NCBI GenBank assembly: GCA_965263355.1
Contig: CBDHHL010000032.1
Location: 1,280,001-1,344,000, forward strand
Direction of reading: 5' to 3'
Source: Leptolyngbyaceae cyanobacterium
Lineage (GTDB): Bacteria > Cyanobacteriota > Cyanobacteriia > Phormidesmidales > Phormidesmidaceae
DNA length: 64,000 nt
Shown piece after piece: positions 40,124-50,716 of this stretch (its first letter is position 1; every line of letters starts with the position of its first letter). Under the pieces are notes generated by a model. It was not told the DNA's origin. It saw only the letters and a list, made by a program, of their open reading frames with translations, and did not search any database. The position numbers and the translations under genes were made by a program.

Positions 40124-41701
40124 CTATCGAGCGAGTAATTGTGGCTTCTTATCCGCTGATTTGACAGGGGCACTTAACGCCTCTTCTAAGGGAGCAAGAC
40201 CTAGACGAGCCTCCAAAATATCCATGACTTCTCGGCCAAAATCGTTGGGGTTTTGGCGAAAGGCTTGCAAACAGATATCACCAAAGAACGAACCAAGGGG
40301 TTCTGGATTCCAGAGAAGTTTATTGGCTACCCAGGGCAGATGAATTGCCAGAGGGTTGTAATCCTTTTTAAGAATATTGTTTTCAATCGCGTAGGTCTCT
40401 AGATGGGTATGGGGCTGCAACCCAATAAAAAAGATGGCAGGTTCCACCTTGTCGCGCCCAAAAATTGCTTCTAGAGCACGGTGATAGGCCAATGTCTGAC
40501 GAATTGTTTCGTCCCGCTCATCGATGACATTAAAGGAATAATTAACCGACACCAGGTCATCAAACCCAGCTGCTTTAAGGTCACGGCAGTTTTGCAAAAC
40601 AGTGCGCAGGTTATAGCCCATACGCATTTTTCGGACCAATTCTTGAGAGCCACTGGTAATCCCGATTTCAAAATAGTTCATCCCAGTTTTAACCATCAGC
40701 TCGCACAGCTCTGGGGTCAGATTGTCTGCGCGAATGTAAGCGGCCCAGTGAATATCCTTCATCTCTGAGGCAAGGATCTTTTGCAGCAGTTCAATGGCAT
40801 CGTCAATAAACCGACGGGCTGGAATAAACTGGGCATCCGTAAACCAAAAATTACGAATGCCGCGATCATAGAGCTGCCGCATTTCCTTGACCACTTCGTC
40901 AGCGGGGTTAATGCGTACCTGCTTGCCTTCTACAACGGTGTAGATACAGTAGCAACAGTTATGGGGACAGCCACGCTTGGTCTGAACACCAATATAAAAG
41001 TCGTTTTCTTGCAAATAGTAATCAAACGCGGGCCAGATTTTCTCTATATACCCATAATCACAAGCACTTTTCTCGACAGGTGTGGGCCACTCATGGATCA
41101 AGCGATCGCGGGGTTCAGTTTCACCAACGATGTAGCAGCGTTCGTTCCCAATCGATTCCTGGCGGACCAGTTTTTCCAGCAACAATTCCCCTTCGCCAAC
41201 GGAGACAATAGTGCCCTCAGGCAACATGGAAGCCATCTGCTCATAAAAAACACTGACCGCACCACCCCCGACGACCAGTTTTACATCCTGACAGTAGCGC
41301 TGGGCACGCTTAAAGCCACGCTTAATCAGACCCGTATTTTGCCAGAGTTCATTGAGATAGGTGGTCACCATACGCAGCCCCCCCATGGCCCCACGCAGTT
41401 TAACTAGGGGGTTACGAGCATAGTTAAACTCAAAGGCATTTTGTAGGGGGTTACCACCCCGACCACCGACAGGCGCATAAATCTGAATATCACGCCAGGA
41501 AAAAACCAATAAATCGGGTTGAAATTCATCAATGCAGCGGTCTAGCGATGCACCAAAATCCAGGGGCGGCACCGTACCCAGATCAAAGATTTGCTGCTCT
41601 ACAGCAGGAAAAACCTTACGCAGGTGATCCGCCAGGTACACCACCCCGATTGGAAAAATAGGATTACAGGGAAGCCTTACGTATAGAACTCGATTAGCCA
41701 T
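40124..41701 (-). CDS. B12-binding radical SAM protein (photosystem II high-light acclimation / Slr0320-like)
   Basis: KRGCPHNCCYC CxxxCxxC motif; N-terminal LYVRLPCNPIFPIG. Confidence 0.88.
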   Translation of the reverse strand: MANRVLYVRLPCNPIFPIGVVYLADHLRKVFPAVEQQIFDLGTVPPLDFGASLDRCIDEFQPDLLVFSWRDIQIYAPVGGRGGNPLQNAFEFNYARNPLVKLRGAMGGLRMVTTYLNELWQNTGLIKRGFKRAQRYCQDVKLVVGGGAVSVFYEQMASMLPEGTIVSVGEGELLLEKLVRQESIGNERCYIVGETEPRDRLIHEWPTPVEKSACDYGYIEKIWPAFDYYLQENDFYIGVQTKRGCPHNCCYCIYTVVEGKQVRINPADEVVKEMRQLYDRGIRNFWFTDAQFIPARRFIDDAIELLQKILASEMKDIHWAAYIRADNLTPELCELMVKTGMNYFEIGITSGSQELVRKMRMGYNLRTVLQNCRDLKAAGFDDLVSVNYSFNVIDERDETIRQTLAYHRALEAIFGRDKVEPAIFFIGLQPHTHLETYAIENNILKKDYNPLAIHLPWVANKLLWNPEPLGSFFGDICLQAFRQNPNDFGREVMDILEARLGLAPLEEALSAPVKSADKKPQLLAR

Positions 41702-42457
41702 TGGTACACTGGTTTTCCTCAATTGTCTAGTGTAAATAAATGAAGTATTTTTTCAGTTTTTTCACATATCTTTACGATAACATTGCTAATCTGAGATTTC
41801 ACTGCTCCTATAGGTTTATTGCCTTAGGAAACTCATCTGAAACTGTAACGTCAACAGCACAAGATTAATTTTTTTTGATGGCAATGGATTTAACGTTTGC
41901 AGACATCAACCGATTACTTTTGGGCATACTCGCCCAGGGTAAGACATTCGCTTCAGAATAGTCGTTCAGTAGCCGACCTCAGACGCCGATTAATTGACTA
42001 AGTTCACTGTCGAAGCTCGATTTTTGGCCGCTAACGCCCCAGATAGGCGAGATTTACTAGCCTAAATCGATACTTTGCTGAGTATTTGTTGGGCCAATGC
42101 TTAGTACTTGTTGGGCCAGTATAAATGTCATCTCATCCACACATTAAGGACGTTTCTTCACCCCTTAAAAGCATTCGGTAAAACCACTTAAATGGACTAG
42201 AAAATGAAGTTATTTTGAAGCGATGCTTTAACGCTTGAAATGACGGAAGAAAGCCCTTTTAAGGGGAGTTATATTAAGAGAATTATATTTTTTATTCTCC
42301 AACAATAATTCGTATGTTAAGCCAGAAAATAGGCACTAGTTTGATCTATTAAGAATTCTGAAAGCCTCATTGGTAGCCGCTTTTACAGTTGTTGGGGATC
42401 AATAAATGCTAATGTTATGTTTAATGTTGGCATACCAATACGCTATTTTCTCCTCCC

Positions 42458-42811
42458 ATGACACAAACACTTGATCCAATACCGGTTGATAACACTAATA
42501 CGACCCTCTGTTGCTATGTAAATAGCTCTAGTAAAATTCAAGTAGCTAGGATTACAAATATTTCAAATTGGTATTTTGAGCGCGTTGTTTTTCCAGGACA
42601 GCGTTTGATGTTTGAGGCTGATATCGAGGGTCAATTAGAAATTCATTCTGGCTCGATGGCAAGCTCTATATTAGAAGATACGATTTCCTGTGCTCGTTTA
42701 AGGGTGGACCAGGTCGATGATTCCTTTAGTGATATTGCTATTAGTTCAAATTTAGAGATGGAATGTGATGCCGCATCGACCTTGGGTGCTAGACAACCAG
42801 TCAGTGCATAA
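42458..42811 (+). CDS. DUF1830 protein
   Basis: CCYVN.SS.IQVARI.NI.NWYFERVVFPGQRL.FEA. Confidence 0.85.
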   Translation: MTQTLDPIPVDNTNTTLCCYVNSSSKIQVARITNISNWYFERVVFPGQRLMFEADIEGQLEIHSGSMASSILEDTISCARLRVDQVDDSFSDIAISSNLEMECDAASTLGARQPVSA

Positions 42812-43002
42812 TTCAGTGCATAATTTAGTGGTCCGTTAGGCCTAAGATTTAGGATGAGGGTAGTCAAGGGTGAAGCGTCAAACGGGATGAAGAGTTACTC
42901 TTTATCAGTGCAGGCTCCTAATTTTTAGCGTTGATGCTTCACTAGTGCAGCAGCCAACCTCTTTGATACAGTCAAGGTGCTGTAGAGTTTGAGTCGGCAT
43001 TC

Positions 43003-43437
43003 ATGGACTTGCCATCTTTTATATGGTTATGGCGGATTGCGGCTTGGTCCATGGGACTGTCGCTGACGGTTTATGTAGGGTTGTTGCTGACCGGTAGCGG
43101 CATTTGGTACACACGTTCTAATCAAAAGCCTCAGCCAACCTGGCTGAGGCTTTTGCATATTGTGTTAGGCGGTGTGTTGGTTGCTTTGGTATTACTGCTT
43201 TTAAGTATTGGTATTATTGGCACCCTGGGGGAACATGGCAGTTTAGGCCATTCCTGGCATTTGGGGGCCGGTTTACTCGTCGTTAGTTTAGTGCTGGCAT
43301 CGACGGCGGCAGCATCTCAGATTTGGAGGGGGGATTGGGTGCGATCGCTCCACGTTGCGATCAATGCACTGCTCTTTTTTGCCTTCGCAGCCGTCAGCTA
43401 CAGCGGCTGGACCGTCGTACAGCAATATTTGCCTTAG
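43003..43437 (+). CDS. DUF4079 membrane protein
   Basis: MDLPSF.WLW.IAAWSMG, GSLGHS.H and GW.VVQ.YLP. Confidence 0.8.
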   Translation: MDLPSFIWLWRIAAWSMGLSLTVYVGLLLTGSGIWYTRSNQKPQPTWLRLLHIVLGGVLVALVLLLLSIGIIGTLGEHGSLGHSWHLGAGLLVVSLVLASTAAASQIWRGDWVRSLHVAINALLFFAFAAVSYSGWTVVQQYLP

Positions 43438-43875
43438 AAATGAAACTTTACGCAATAAACAGTTGCATTTCTAAATTTCCATTATATTAAGGCAGATGAA
43501 TAGCGAGTGAATTGATTATACAAAACACACCTAAATTTGTTATTCTAGAGAATGCGCTTACGGGCTGACTAGAGCTGAATTAGTTCTTAGTTCATAAATG
43601 CTAGAACATGCTTACTAATTATACCAATATTCTGAGTCAAGGAAATTGATTCGGAATTTTTATTTTTCTCTGGGTATCTCCTTAGTGAAGGTACTCAATA
43701 CTTTTCACGGATATTTCTCCACCTGAGTATGTGATATGTTTCAAGCCTTATTAATTGAAGGTTAAGAGTTTTAGCTTATTTTAAGCCTGAGTTAAATTGC
43801 TCAGCTCTTGTGGTTATTATTCGGTTAATTTTACGTGGGCATTTTTTAAGGCTAAGGGAGTTTGCATTAGTAGAC

Positions 43876-44547
43876 ATGGCGCATAAAAAGGGTACCGGTA
43901 GTACTAGAAATGGTCGAGACTCTAATGCCAAACGTCTGGGCGTAAAACGATACGGTGGCGAGCGTGTAAGTGCTGGCAGTATTTTAGTGCGCCAAAGGGG
44001 TACCAAAATACTGCCAGGAAATAATGTTAAGCGGGGCGGGGATGATACCCTTTTTGCCTTGATCGAAGGGATCGTAACGTTTGAGCGCAAAGGTAAATCA
44101 CGTAAGAAAATAAGCGTTTACCCACATTTTCTCAACTTGGATGAAAGAGACGCAATAATGGACGGCAAATTTACTCAAGTACATGAAAGTCAGGATAAGT
44201 TTACCGATTCATATGTTAATAAATTTAATGAATCTGCTATAGTCCAAACGGCTCATACAACAGGTACTACAACTAAGCAAGAATCATTGTCTAAGTCTGT
44301 GGCACGTCGATTTAAACAGGTCTCAAGAGAGCCTCTAAACAAAAAGAACCCTCAGGGAGAAATGACATTAAAGGCTATTGAGAAAGAGTTGGCCAAACTC
44401 TTAGGTTCAGAAGAAAAAGCAAAAGCTTGGCTCAATAAGCCTCATCGTGAACTTAGCAACAAAACACCTGCAAGAATGATTCAAGCTGGCCATAGTAATG
44501 TAGTTTTTCAACTAATTTTATCAATTGCAAGTGGGATTCCAAGCTAG
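43876..44547 (+). CDS. Ribosomal protein bL27 fused to an Xre/MbcA/ParS-type antitoxin (DUF2384-like) C-terminal domain
   Basis: Residues 1-83 ([16 protein letters not shown]...RQRGT...DDTLFAL...SVYP) are bL27. The C-terminal [27 protein letters not shown]...V..L is the antitoxin toxin-binding motif. AGGGAG lies upstream of the ATG. Confidence 0.85.
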   Translation: MAHKKGTGSTRNGRDSNAKRLGVKRYGGERVSAGSILVRQRGTKILPGNNVKRGGDDTLFALIEGIVTFERKGKSRKKISVYPHFLNLDERDAIMDGKFTQVHESQDKFTDSYVNKFNESAIVQTAHTTGTTTKQESLSKSVARRFKQVSREPLNKKNPQGEMTLKAIEKELAKLLGSEEKAKAWLNKPHRELSNKTPARMIQAGHSNVVFQLILSIASGIPS

Positions 44548-44883
44548 CCTGGCTTTAAGTATAGTTTGTCAAATTATTACAACTACATACTATTCTAAAC
44601 ACCTCATTACATCACTATGTGGTTGTATAGACGTCCCTATTTACTTTTGAAATGGTTTAATATACCCTGATGAAAAACATTAAAAGTATCGGTATATACA
44701 CAGTGTTTAGGTTTGTACGGAGACATAAGCGAAAGCATGCATGATTTATGTGCAAAACATACATAGCTCAAGTGTGATTTGCAGCACATTACAGTAATAC
44801 TTGATGTCACGATATTTATTTGTGCCTTCAAGTAAGGTCAGTTATGTCGACGGAAAGTAGGTTCTCTGCGTGGAGTTTTGTAG

Positions 44884-45528
44884 TTGCTAATGCAAGGTCG
44901 GGGTTGGCGTCTTATCTTAGAAAGTCGTTTCACTATCGAACAAATTATCAATGGTTTGGATGCACTTGAACATGCAGGTAGATACAATCCGCCACCTGAA
45001 ATGGTTGGTAAAGAAAATGCTTTTAGGGTGGTTTACCTCTCAGGTAGTGCTAGAACTGCTCATCAAGAGATACGAGGTCGTGCAGGCGCAGACATTAGAA
45101 ATCATACACTTATTGAATTTGAATACGTGCTACAGGATAATGCATGGATTGACCTAACGGATGAAGCTATTCAACGTGAGTTTGGCGTAACAATCAGCGA
45201 GCTTTACGAAAACTGGCGTTTTCTCAATGCTCAAAATCAACTTTCTACAACCCAAAGGATTGGCATAAGTGCCTATGCGAATGGTCAGATTGAGGCCATC
45301 AAGGTACCTTCAGTTCGAGATGATGGAGGCTTCAACTGGGTGATTTTTCCAGACAGGTTTCATCCAAACAGTTACATTAACTTTACACCTTCTCAAAAAG
45401 TAAGCATCAGTCAGAACATAGACTTTGATGAGGTTAGCTCTGATATGGATGTTGAAGATGAACAAAATAATTCATTAAGCGAACAAAGAGCCATAGCCGA
45501 AGAACTCATGGGCGACTCTAAATTTTAA
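44884..45528 (+). CDS. RES-domain toxin (NAD+ phosphorylase / ART-like)
   Basis: WRL...GRYN...VYLS...A..E...IDLT...TQRIG..AY...IEAIKVPSVR...NWVIF. Start codon uncertain. Confidence 0.8.
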   Translation: MLMQGRGWRLILESRFTIEQIINGLDALEHAGRYNPPPEMVGKENAFRVVYLSGSARTAHQEIRGRAGADIRNHTLIEFEYVLQDNAWIDLTDEAIQREFGVTISELYENWRFLNAQNQLSTTQRIGISAYANGQIEAIKVPSVRDDGGFNWVIFPDRFHPNSYINFTPSQKVSISQNIDFDEVSSDMDVEDEQNNSLSEQRAIAEELMGDSKF

Positions 45529-45594
45529 TCAAAAATTCAATTACAATTGAACTCCTTTTAATAGCCTGAATTTGTAAATTTCAGAAAGCTACGC

Positions 45595-47652
45595 TCACAC
45601 AACTATTCTTGTCTTCTGAATTCTTATATATCTCAGACTTACTTGAGCAATTCGATTTTCTGGAAAAAACTGGATTAGCTCTTCTAAACTTTTTTGTGCT
45701 TTTGAGAGATAGTATGAAATGTGTTGTCTCGATAACGCTTCTCGATAAAACATCTTGGAACTATTGCTGTCATTAATTACAATATGATAGAGCGCTAGAT
45801 GTAAGATATTATCTATGTTGTTTGGATTTCGCTCATAAAACAACTGAGCCATGCGTATAGCTTTATAGATATCCCTTTCTGCACTCTCTTCATTACCTGT
45901 TACTCGATGTATGATAGAACGCCAATATAGGGTCCAGTTTGAAGAAGGGCTTAATTCCAGAGCGTGTTTAAAATCAGTCATCGCCTGCCCATATTTTCCA
46001 ATTAGGCCATATACCTCTCCACGTCTTCGAATCGCCCAACGGTAGTCGGGCTTTAACTTGATAGCCTGATTGAAGTCACCTAACGCTTTCTTATAGTCCT
46101 GTCTAAACCGATAAAGCTGTCCTCTTTGCGCAATAGCCCATACATAAGCAGGATCTATTACTATGGCACGGTTGAAATCTTGTAGAGCCTCTTCATACCT
46201 TTCGATTTCCCGATAAAAACGTCCTCTTGCTGCAACTGACCAAGCGTAGCTTGAATTAAGTTCAATAGAATGATTAAAATCTTCTAAAGCTTCTTCATAT
46301 TTATAAATTTGACGTAGTTGCCAACCTCTTTTCGCTAATGCTTTGAAATGATTCGGAGTTAGCTTCAAAACCTGACTATAACTCTTAATTGCCTCATCAT
46401 GGCGTTTTAATTCAGACAGAACTTTACCAAGGTTGTACCAAGCCGTAGGATCATTGGGCTCAATTTTAGCTGCTCTTTCATAGAGGTAAATAGCTTCCTG
46501 TTTCCGACTTAAGCTATCAGCAATGAGTCCTTGAAGCGTCCAAATTCTAATGTCATCAGGTTTCAACTGCAGCGCTCTATCACCACTAACTATAGCTTCT
46601 TCGTAGCGTCCTAATAGAAAAAAAGCAATAGCCTTATTGTGCCAAAAATCACTTATATCTGAATTTAAGCTAATTGCCTTATCGTAGCTTTCTACAGCCT
46701 CTTCATAGCGACCTAGTTTAGTAAGTGCAATACCTCGATTATAAAAAGCTGTTGTATAGCTTGGATTTAGTTTAATAGCTTGATTAAAACTTTCTATGGC
46801 TGCATCTGCTAACTTACTTTTTGCAGATGTGGTAGTCTCAATAGACTCAATATTAGTAAGTATTAGACCTTTGCTATTCCAAGCAGTTTCGTTGCTAGGA
46901 TCAACCTCTAAAATATGCTCAAAACAGCTAAGAGAGGCTTTGTAGTCTTTCAATAAATATAAAATCTCTCCTTTCTGCAAACATAGATCTATTGTCCTTG
47001 AATCATTTGATTCTGTTTTAGCTAATAACTCTTGAACTTGTGATAGCCTCTGAATTAGATCATTTGGCGTTAAGTGATCGTATTTCCTAAGTCCCTCTCT
47101 CTGAGCTGGTTGCTTAGATTTTTGTGCTGTTTCCTTAGGCCCAACTGCTAAATCAAATACGCCCGAACTCCAATCGAAAAAATCTGGTGCACGCCGCATA
47201 AAATATTTGACTGCAAACCCTGGCAAAAAGAAAACAAAACAAGCATGACTGAAGTGCTCACGAAATCTTTCTCGCTGTTGATTTAGATGACTAAGGATTT
47301 GAGGAACTGAGTTTAGATTATAGTAGCTGCCTTCACCCCCATAACCAGGTTTAATGTCAGCTTCTAAAGACTTTTCTAAACCTTGAATCAAGAAAATATC
47401 AACTTGATTTCGATTATCATGATTTGCGACTAAATCATAAAGGTTCTCAATAGGGGCAGTTAGTCCTAAAGTGCCAATTTTTTTCTGAGATAAGTCATCT
47501 TTAATCTGAGGAATTAAATCAAAAGCTTCTGTTGGAGAACATTCTACAAAAACAATGCCAAACCCTTTGCGTCTCCTCAGGGAACGGATTAAAGCTCTAT
47601 ATACTTCTTCTTTGGTCAGAAAAAGACTTCCAGTGTCCTTTGTCACTGTCAT
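45595..47652 (-). CDS. Tetratricopeptide-repeat protein with an N-terminal degenerate ATPase-like region
   Basis: More than 10 TPR units (AWYNLG..L..L.R..EA...Y); LNQQRERF and APDFFDW motifs. Confidence 0.88.
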   Translation of the reverse strand: MTVTKDTGSLFLTKEEVYRALIRSLRRRKGFGIVFVECSPTEAFDLIPQIKDDLSQKKIGTLGLTAPIENLYDLVANHDNRNQVDIFLIQGLEKSLEADIKPGYGGEGSYYNLNSVPQILSHLNQQRERFREHFSHACFVFFLPGFAVKYFMRRAPDFFDWSSGVFDLAVGPKETAQKSKQPAQREGLRKYDHLTPNDLIQRLSQVQELLAKTESNDSRTIDLCLQKGEILYLLKDYKASLSCFEHILEVDPSNETAWNSKGLILTNIESIETTTSAKSKLADAAIESFNQAIKLNPSYTTAFYNRGIALTKLGRYEEAVESYDKAISLNSDISDFWHNKAIAFFLLGRYEEAIVSGDRALQLKPDDIRIWTLQGLIADSLSRKQEAIYLYERAAKIEPNDPTAWYNLGKVLSELKRHDEAIKSYSQVLKLTPNHFKALAKRGWQLRQIYKYEEALEDFNHSIELNSSYAWSVAARGRFYREIERYEEALQDFNRAIVIDPAYVWAIAQRGQLYRFRQDYKKALGDFNQAIKLKPDYRWAIRRRGEVYGLIGKYGQAMTDFKHALELSPSSNWTLYWRSIIHRVTGNEESAERDIYKAIRMAQLFYERNPNNIDNILHLALYHIVINDSNSSKMFYREALSRQHISYYLSKAQKSLEELIQFFPENRIAQVSLRYIRIQKTRIVV

Positions 47653-47654
47653 GG

Positions 47655-49022
47655 TTAGTTTATTCTAGAGAGAGCTTCTTGAAACTGCCTGATGCCTTCT
47701 ACCAGTGGATGAACGTTACACCAGGTTTGTAAAGCCTCATTTTCATCGTAATAACGATATTCCAATAGGCAACGATTTAACAGGAGTCGTAAATGAGCTT
47801 CATCTCGCTTGATTTGTCTATGGTGATAGACATTTGCCAATAAATCCCACTGATCTTCTTGAATTTGACGACGGTAAGTTTGCCGCGCTTCTTCAACAGC
47901 TCGATTGACAGCTTGAGCAGTAATGGGTAACTCCTCTGTCCAATCAATTGCTTTTTGAATCAGCTGCATCAGATTTCTGACATGCCCTCCACTCATCAGG
48001 CAAAGCTTATCTAACGTTTCTGAATTATCAAAAACTGGAGGAATCTCTAATCCTTCTACAGAACCCACTAAAGTTTGGGTAAGTCTAGAGTCAATTATTT
48101 GAATACGTCGTGAAATCAGTTCCTTGAGTTTATTCAGGCCTTGCTGATTAGCACTATTGTCAAAGTTCCGAACCATAACCATAGGTAATACATCAGGCGT
48201 ATCATAGTTGTCCTCTAATCGAGTTGCCCGACCGGAATAGACCATTGTAATGGGGACAGTATAGATAACATGGCATTCCAATCCCTTAAGCATTTCACTC
48301 CGATTCAGATAGATTTCATCGTAATTACTGGGTTTCCCTTCTTCTTTTGTTTCGACAATTCGGTCTAAATTATCGACAATAATTACTAAACCTTGATTTT
48401 TCTCAGGGGGTAATACCTCCCGAGCTTGAATAATAAAGTCGTTAAGAGCATTTATTAAAGAGGGAGTATGGTTATTGATCCTTTTGCGTAGCTCGCGACG
48501 TTTATCTGGGACTGCTTTCAGATTTGCCATGATTTTTGCAAATTGAGAAACCTGAGCTTCCAAGCTTAACCCTTCAAACTCCACTTCCGTTAAGGCTAGA
48601 TCTCTAAGGGATACCCAACGTTGTTCAAGCCACTGAAGCAAAGGATTGTGATTTATTAGCTTAATTTCCTCAACTAAATGACGGGTACAAGCAAACAGAA
48701 TTTCTGCATAATCTGTATCTTGAGGTTCGATATCCAGCTCATCAGCGGCAAAGTAAACAACGAAATATTTATTTTTTTCCAAATACTCTTTGAGTCTTGA
48801 AAGTTCTGTGGATTTGCCAACACCTCGGTGTCCCGTGTAAAGCTGACAGGTTGGTTTTCTCGAACGAGTAATCTTACGTCCCAGCTCTCGAATAACATCC
48901 CATTTGCCACGAACTTCCTGACAGTCTACGTAAGCTTCCTTCGACGGTGGTTGAAAAGGTTCGAATGAGCTGTAGATCTCTATCAATAATTCTTCTGACT
49001 TCAAATTCAAGGGAAACCTCAC
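47655..49022 (-). CDS. P-loop AAA ATPase
   Basis: GHRGVGKSTEL Walker A, IIVDNLDR Walker B, SGGHVR and VHPLV. Confidence 0.88.
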   Translation of the reverse strand: MRFPLNLKSEELLIEIYSSFEPFQPPSKEAYVDCQEVRGKWDVIRELGRKITRSRKPTCQLYTGHRGVGKSTELSRLKEYLEKNKYFVVYFAADELDIEPQDTDYAEILFACTRHLVEEIKLINHNPLLQWLEQRWVSLRDLALTEVEFEGLSLEAQVSQFAKIMANLKAVPDKRRELRKRINNHTPSLINALNDFIIQAREVLPPEKNQGLVIIVDNLDRIVETKEEGKPSNYDEIYLNRSEMLKGLECHVIYTVPITMVYSGRATRLEDNYDTPDVLPMVMVRNFDNSANQQGLNKLKELISRRIQIIDSRLTQTLVGSVEGLEIPPVFDNSETLDKLCLMSGGHVRNLMQLIQKAIDWTEELPITAQAVNRAVEEARQTYRRQIQEDQWDLLANVYHHRQIKRDEAHLRLLLNRCLLEYRYYDENEALQTWCNVHPLVEGIRQFQEALSRIN

Positions 49023-49289
49023 TTAGAACAGCATTCGAAGCTACAGAGATGAACCTAAGACACAAAACCCGACACTTCAAGCTTTTACTTAACTAACAAA
49101 GAAATATCTTTAATTAGTTTTTCCCTTATTGCAAAAGCTATTCAATACAAAATGAGTCTAACAAGAGATGTTTCAACTGTCCTTGTTCATGCGTAATTTC
49201 TTCAAGGCATTTCAATTCCCTACATTAGGTAAATAGCCTAGACTGACAGTGTTAACTTTTATTGATTATCAACTAGCTCATTAATATTT

Positions 49290-49844
49290 ATGCAATCAGC
49301 TGATTCCAGTAAGTCCCTGGATCGATTTCGTATTTCGCCACTGATTAAGGTAACCTTGCTCAGTTTTTATGTTGCTTTGTTGTTGCCATTACCATTTTTG
49401 GCCCAAGCAACGGACGCACCGATTAGCCCTAAAGTGCTGGTGTCACTCGCAATATTGGGTGCTGCACTGTTAGGGGCAGGCTTGAGTGAGCAGGTACATA
49501 CCTCTGATGACGGCATTGCTATGGTGTCACCGTTACCATGGCGGGGTTGGTCACTCCAGTGGTCCGAAATTAAGTCCCTCAAGCCTCGGTCCACAGGGCA
49601 AAATGGAACGGTTTACTACTTTATTACCGAGGCAGCCGACCGAGCTTATCTATTACCAATGCGGGTGGTAGGGTTTGCCCGACTAGTGCGCACCGTGGAA
49701 GCAAAAACCGGGATTGATACCCAGGATGTGACACCGCTGGCTCAACCTTGGATGTATCTGTTTTTGCTAATTATGACAGTATTTCTATTGCTGATGGACG
49801 CCTGGACAGTATGGACAGCCACCCATGGCGGTGTTGTAGGTTAA
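49290..49844 (+). CDS. Conserved cyanobacterial membrane protein
   Basis: FRISPLI..TLL..Y.AL..PLPFL, LLPMRV.GF and PLAQPWMY. Confidence 0.75.
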   Translation: MQSADSSKSLDRFRISPLIKVTLLSFYVALLLPLPFLAQATDAPISPKVLVSLAILGAALLGAGLSEQVHTSDDGIAMVSPLPWRGWSLQWSEIKSLKPRSTGQNGTVYYFITEAADRAYLLPMRVVGFARLVRTVEAKTGIDTQDVTPLAQPWMYLFLLIMTVFLLLMDAWTVWTATHGGVVG

Positions 49845-49897
49845 TGGCGTAGGGTGGGCATTGTCCACCTTTCTAAATGATGATTAGGTGACGTGTT

Positions 49898-50659
49898 TTG
49901 AAACAGGATGAAGCGGTCCTTGAATTTAAAGATGTATCCCTGCGGGCTGGTGTGGGCATTGGTCTACTGCTAGACCAACTATCATTTGCGATCGCACCCC
50001 AAACCCGCCTAGCCATTGTCGGCCCATCTGGCGCAGGCAAAACCTCCCTATTACGCCTGATCAACCGCCTTACAGACCCCACCAGCGGCCAAATCTACTA
50101 CCGGCAAAAACCCCTAACCCAATATTCAGTCATCGACCTACGGCGACAGATTGGCCTGGTCATGCAAGATAGTAAACTACTTGACCAATCTGTCGAAGCA
50201 ACCCTGTGTTACCCAGCTCGATTACGGGGCATCTCAGCTGCCTCTGCCAGACAAACCCTACAGCCCTGGTTAGAGCGGTTAAAAATTCCCCAAGATTGGC
50301 TCAGACGACAATCGGTGGAGCTATCGGTAGGGCAGCGGCAACGGGTTGCGATCGCACGCACCCTAATCACCCAACCAGACATCATCCTGCTGGACGAACC
50401 CACAGCCGCCCAAGACATGGGCTATGCCCAGCACCTGCTCACCTATCTCGCCAACCTAGAGAACGAAAGTACCGTGGTTATGGTCAACCACCAACTAGAG
50501 CTAATGGCCGATTGGGCCACCCATATTTTGCACTTACAGCAAGGTAAGGTGATTAGCTACCAACCCGCTAGCCAGCTAAATTGGCATGGCCTAAAGCAGT
50601 CCATCGTAGACGCCCAAAAAGACGATGACTGGGATGATGACTGGGACGAAAAAACGTAG
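49898..50659 (+). CDS. ABC transporter ATP-binding protein
   Basis: GPSGAGKT, LSVGQRQR and LLDEPT. Confidence 0.9.
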   Translation: MKQDEAVLEFKDVSLRAGVGIGLLLDQLSFAIAPQTRLAIVGPSGAGKTSLLRLINRLTDPTSGQIYYRQKPLTQYSVIDLRRQIGLVMQDSKLLDQSVEATLCYPARLRGISAASARQTLQPWLERLKIPQDWLRRQSVELSVGQRQRVAIARTLITQPDIILLDEPTAAQDMGYAQHLLTYLANLENESTVVMVNHQLELMADWATHILHLQQGKVISYQPASQLNWHGLKQSIVDAQKDDDWDDDWDEKT

Positions 50660-50716
50660 GGATGTTCCATGGAACGCCCCTACGTTTTTTCACTGCAATT
50701 TTTTGCGTTGATAAAT

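Noticed and set aside
43810..44124. Housekeeping rpmA in an rplU-rpmA operon
   Set aside because: No rplU upstream, a 140-aa C-terminal extension and an island context. The GTG at 43810 is also unlikely because bL27 begins at MAHKK.
44840..44880. Glutamine riboswitch-like GACGGAAAGTAGG
   Set aside because: The 5' ATCGTT strand and flanking stems are missing; probably a chance match.
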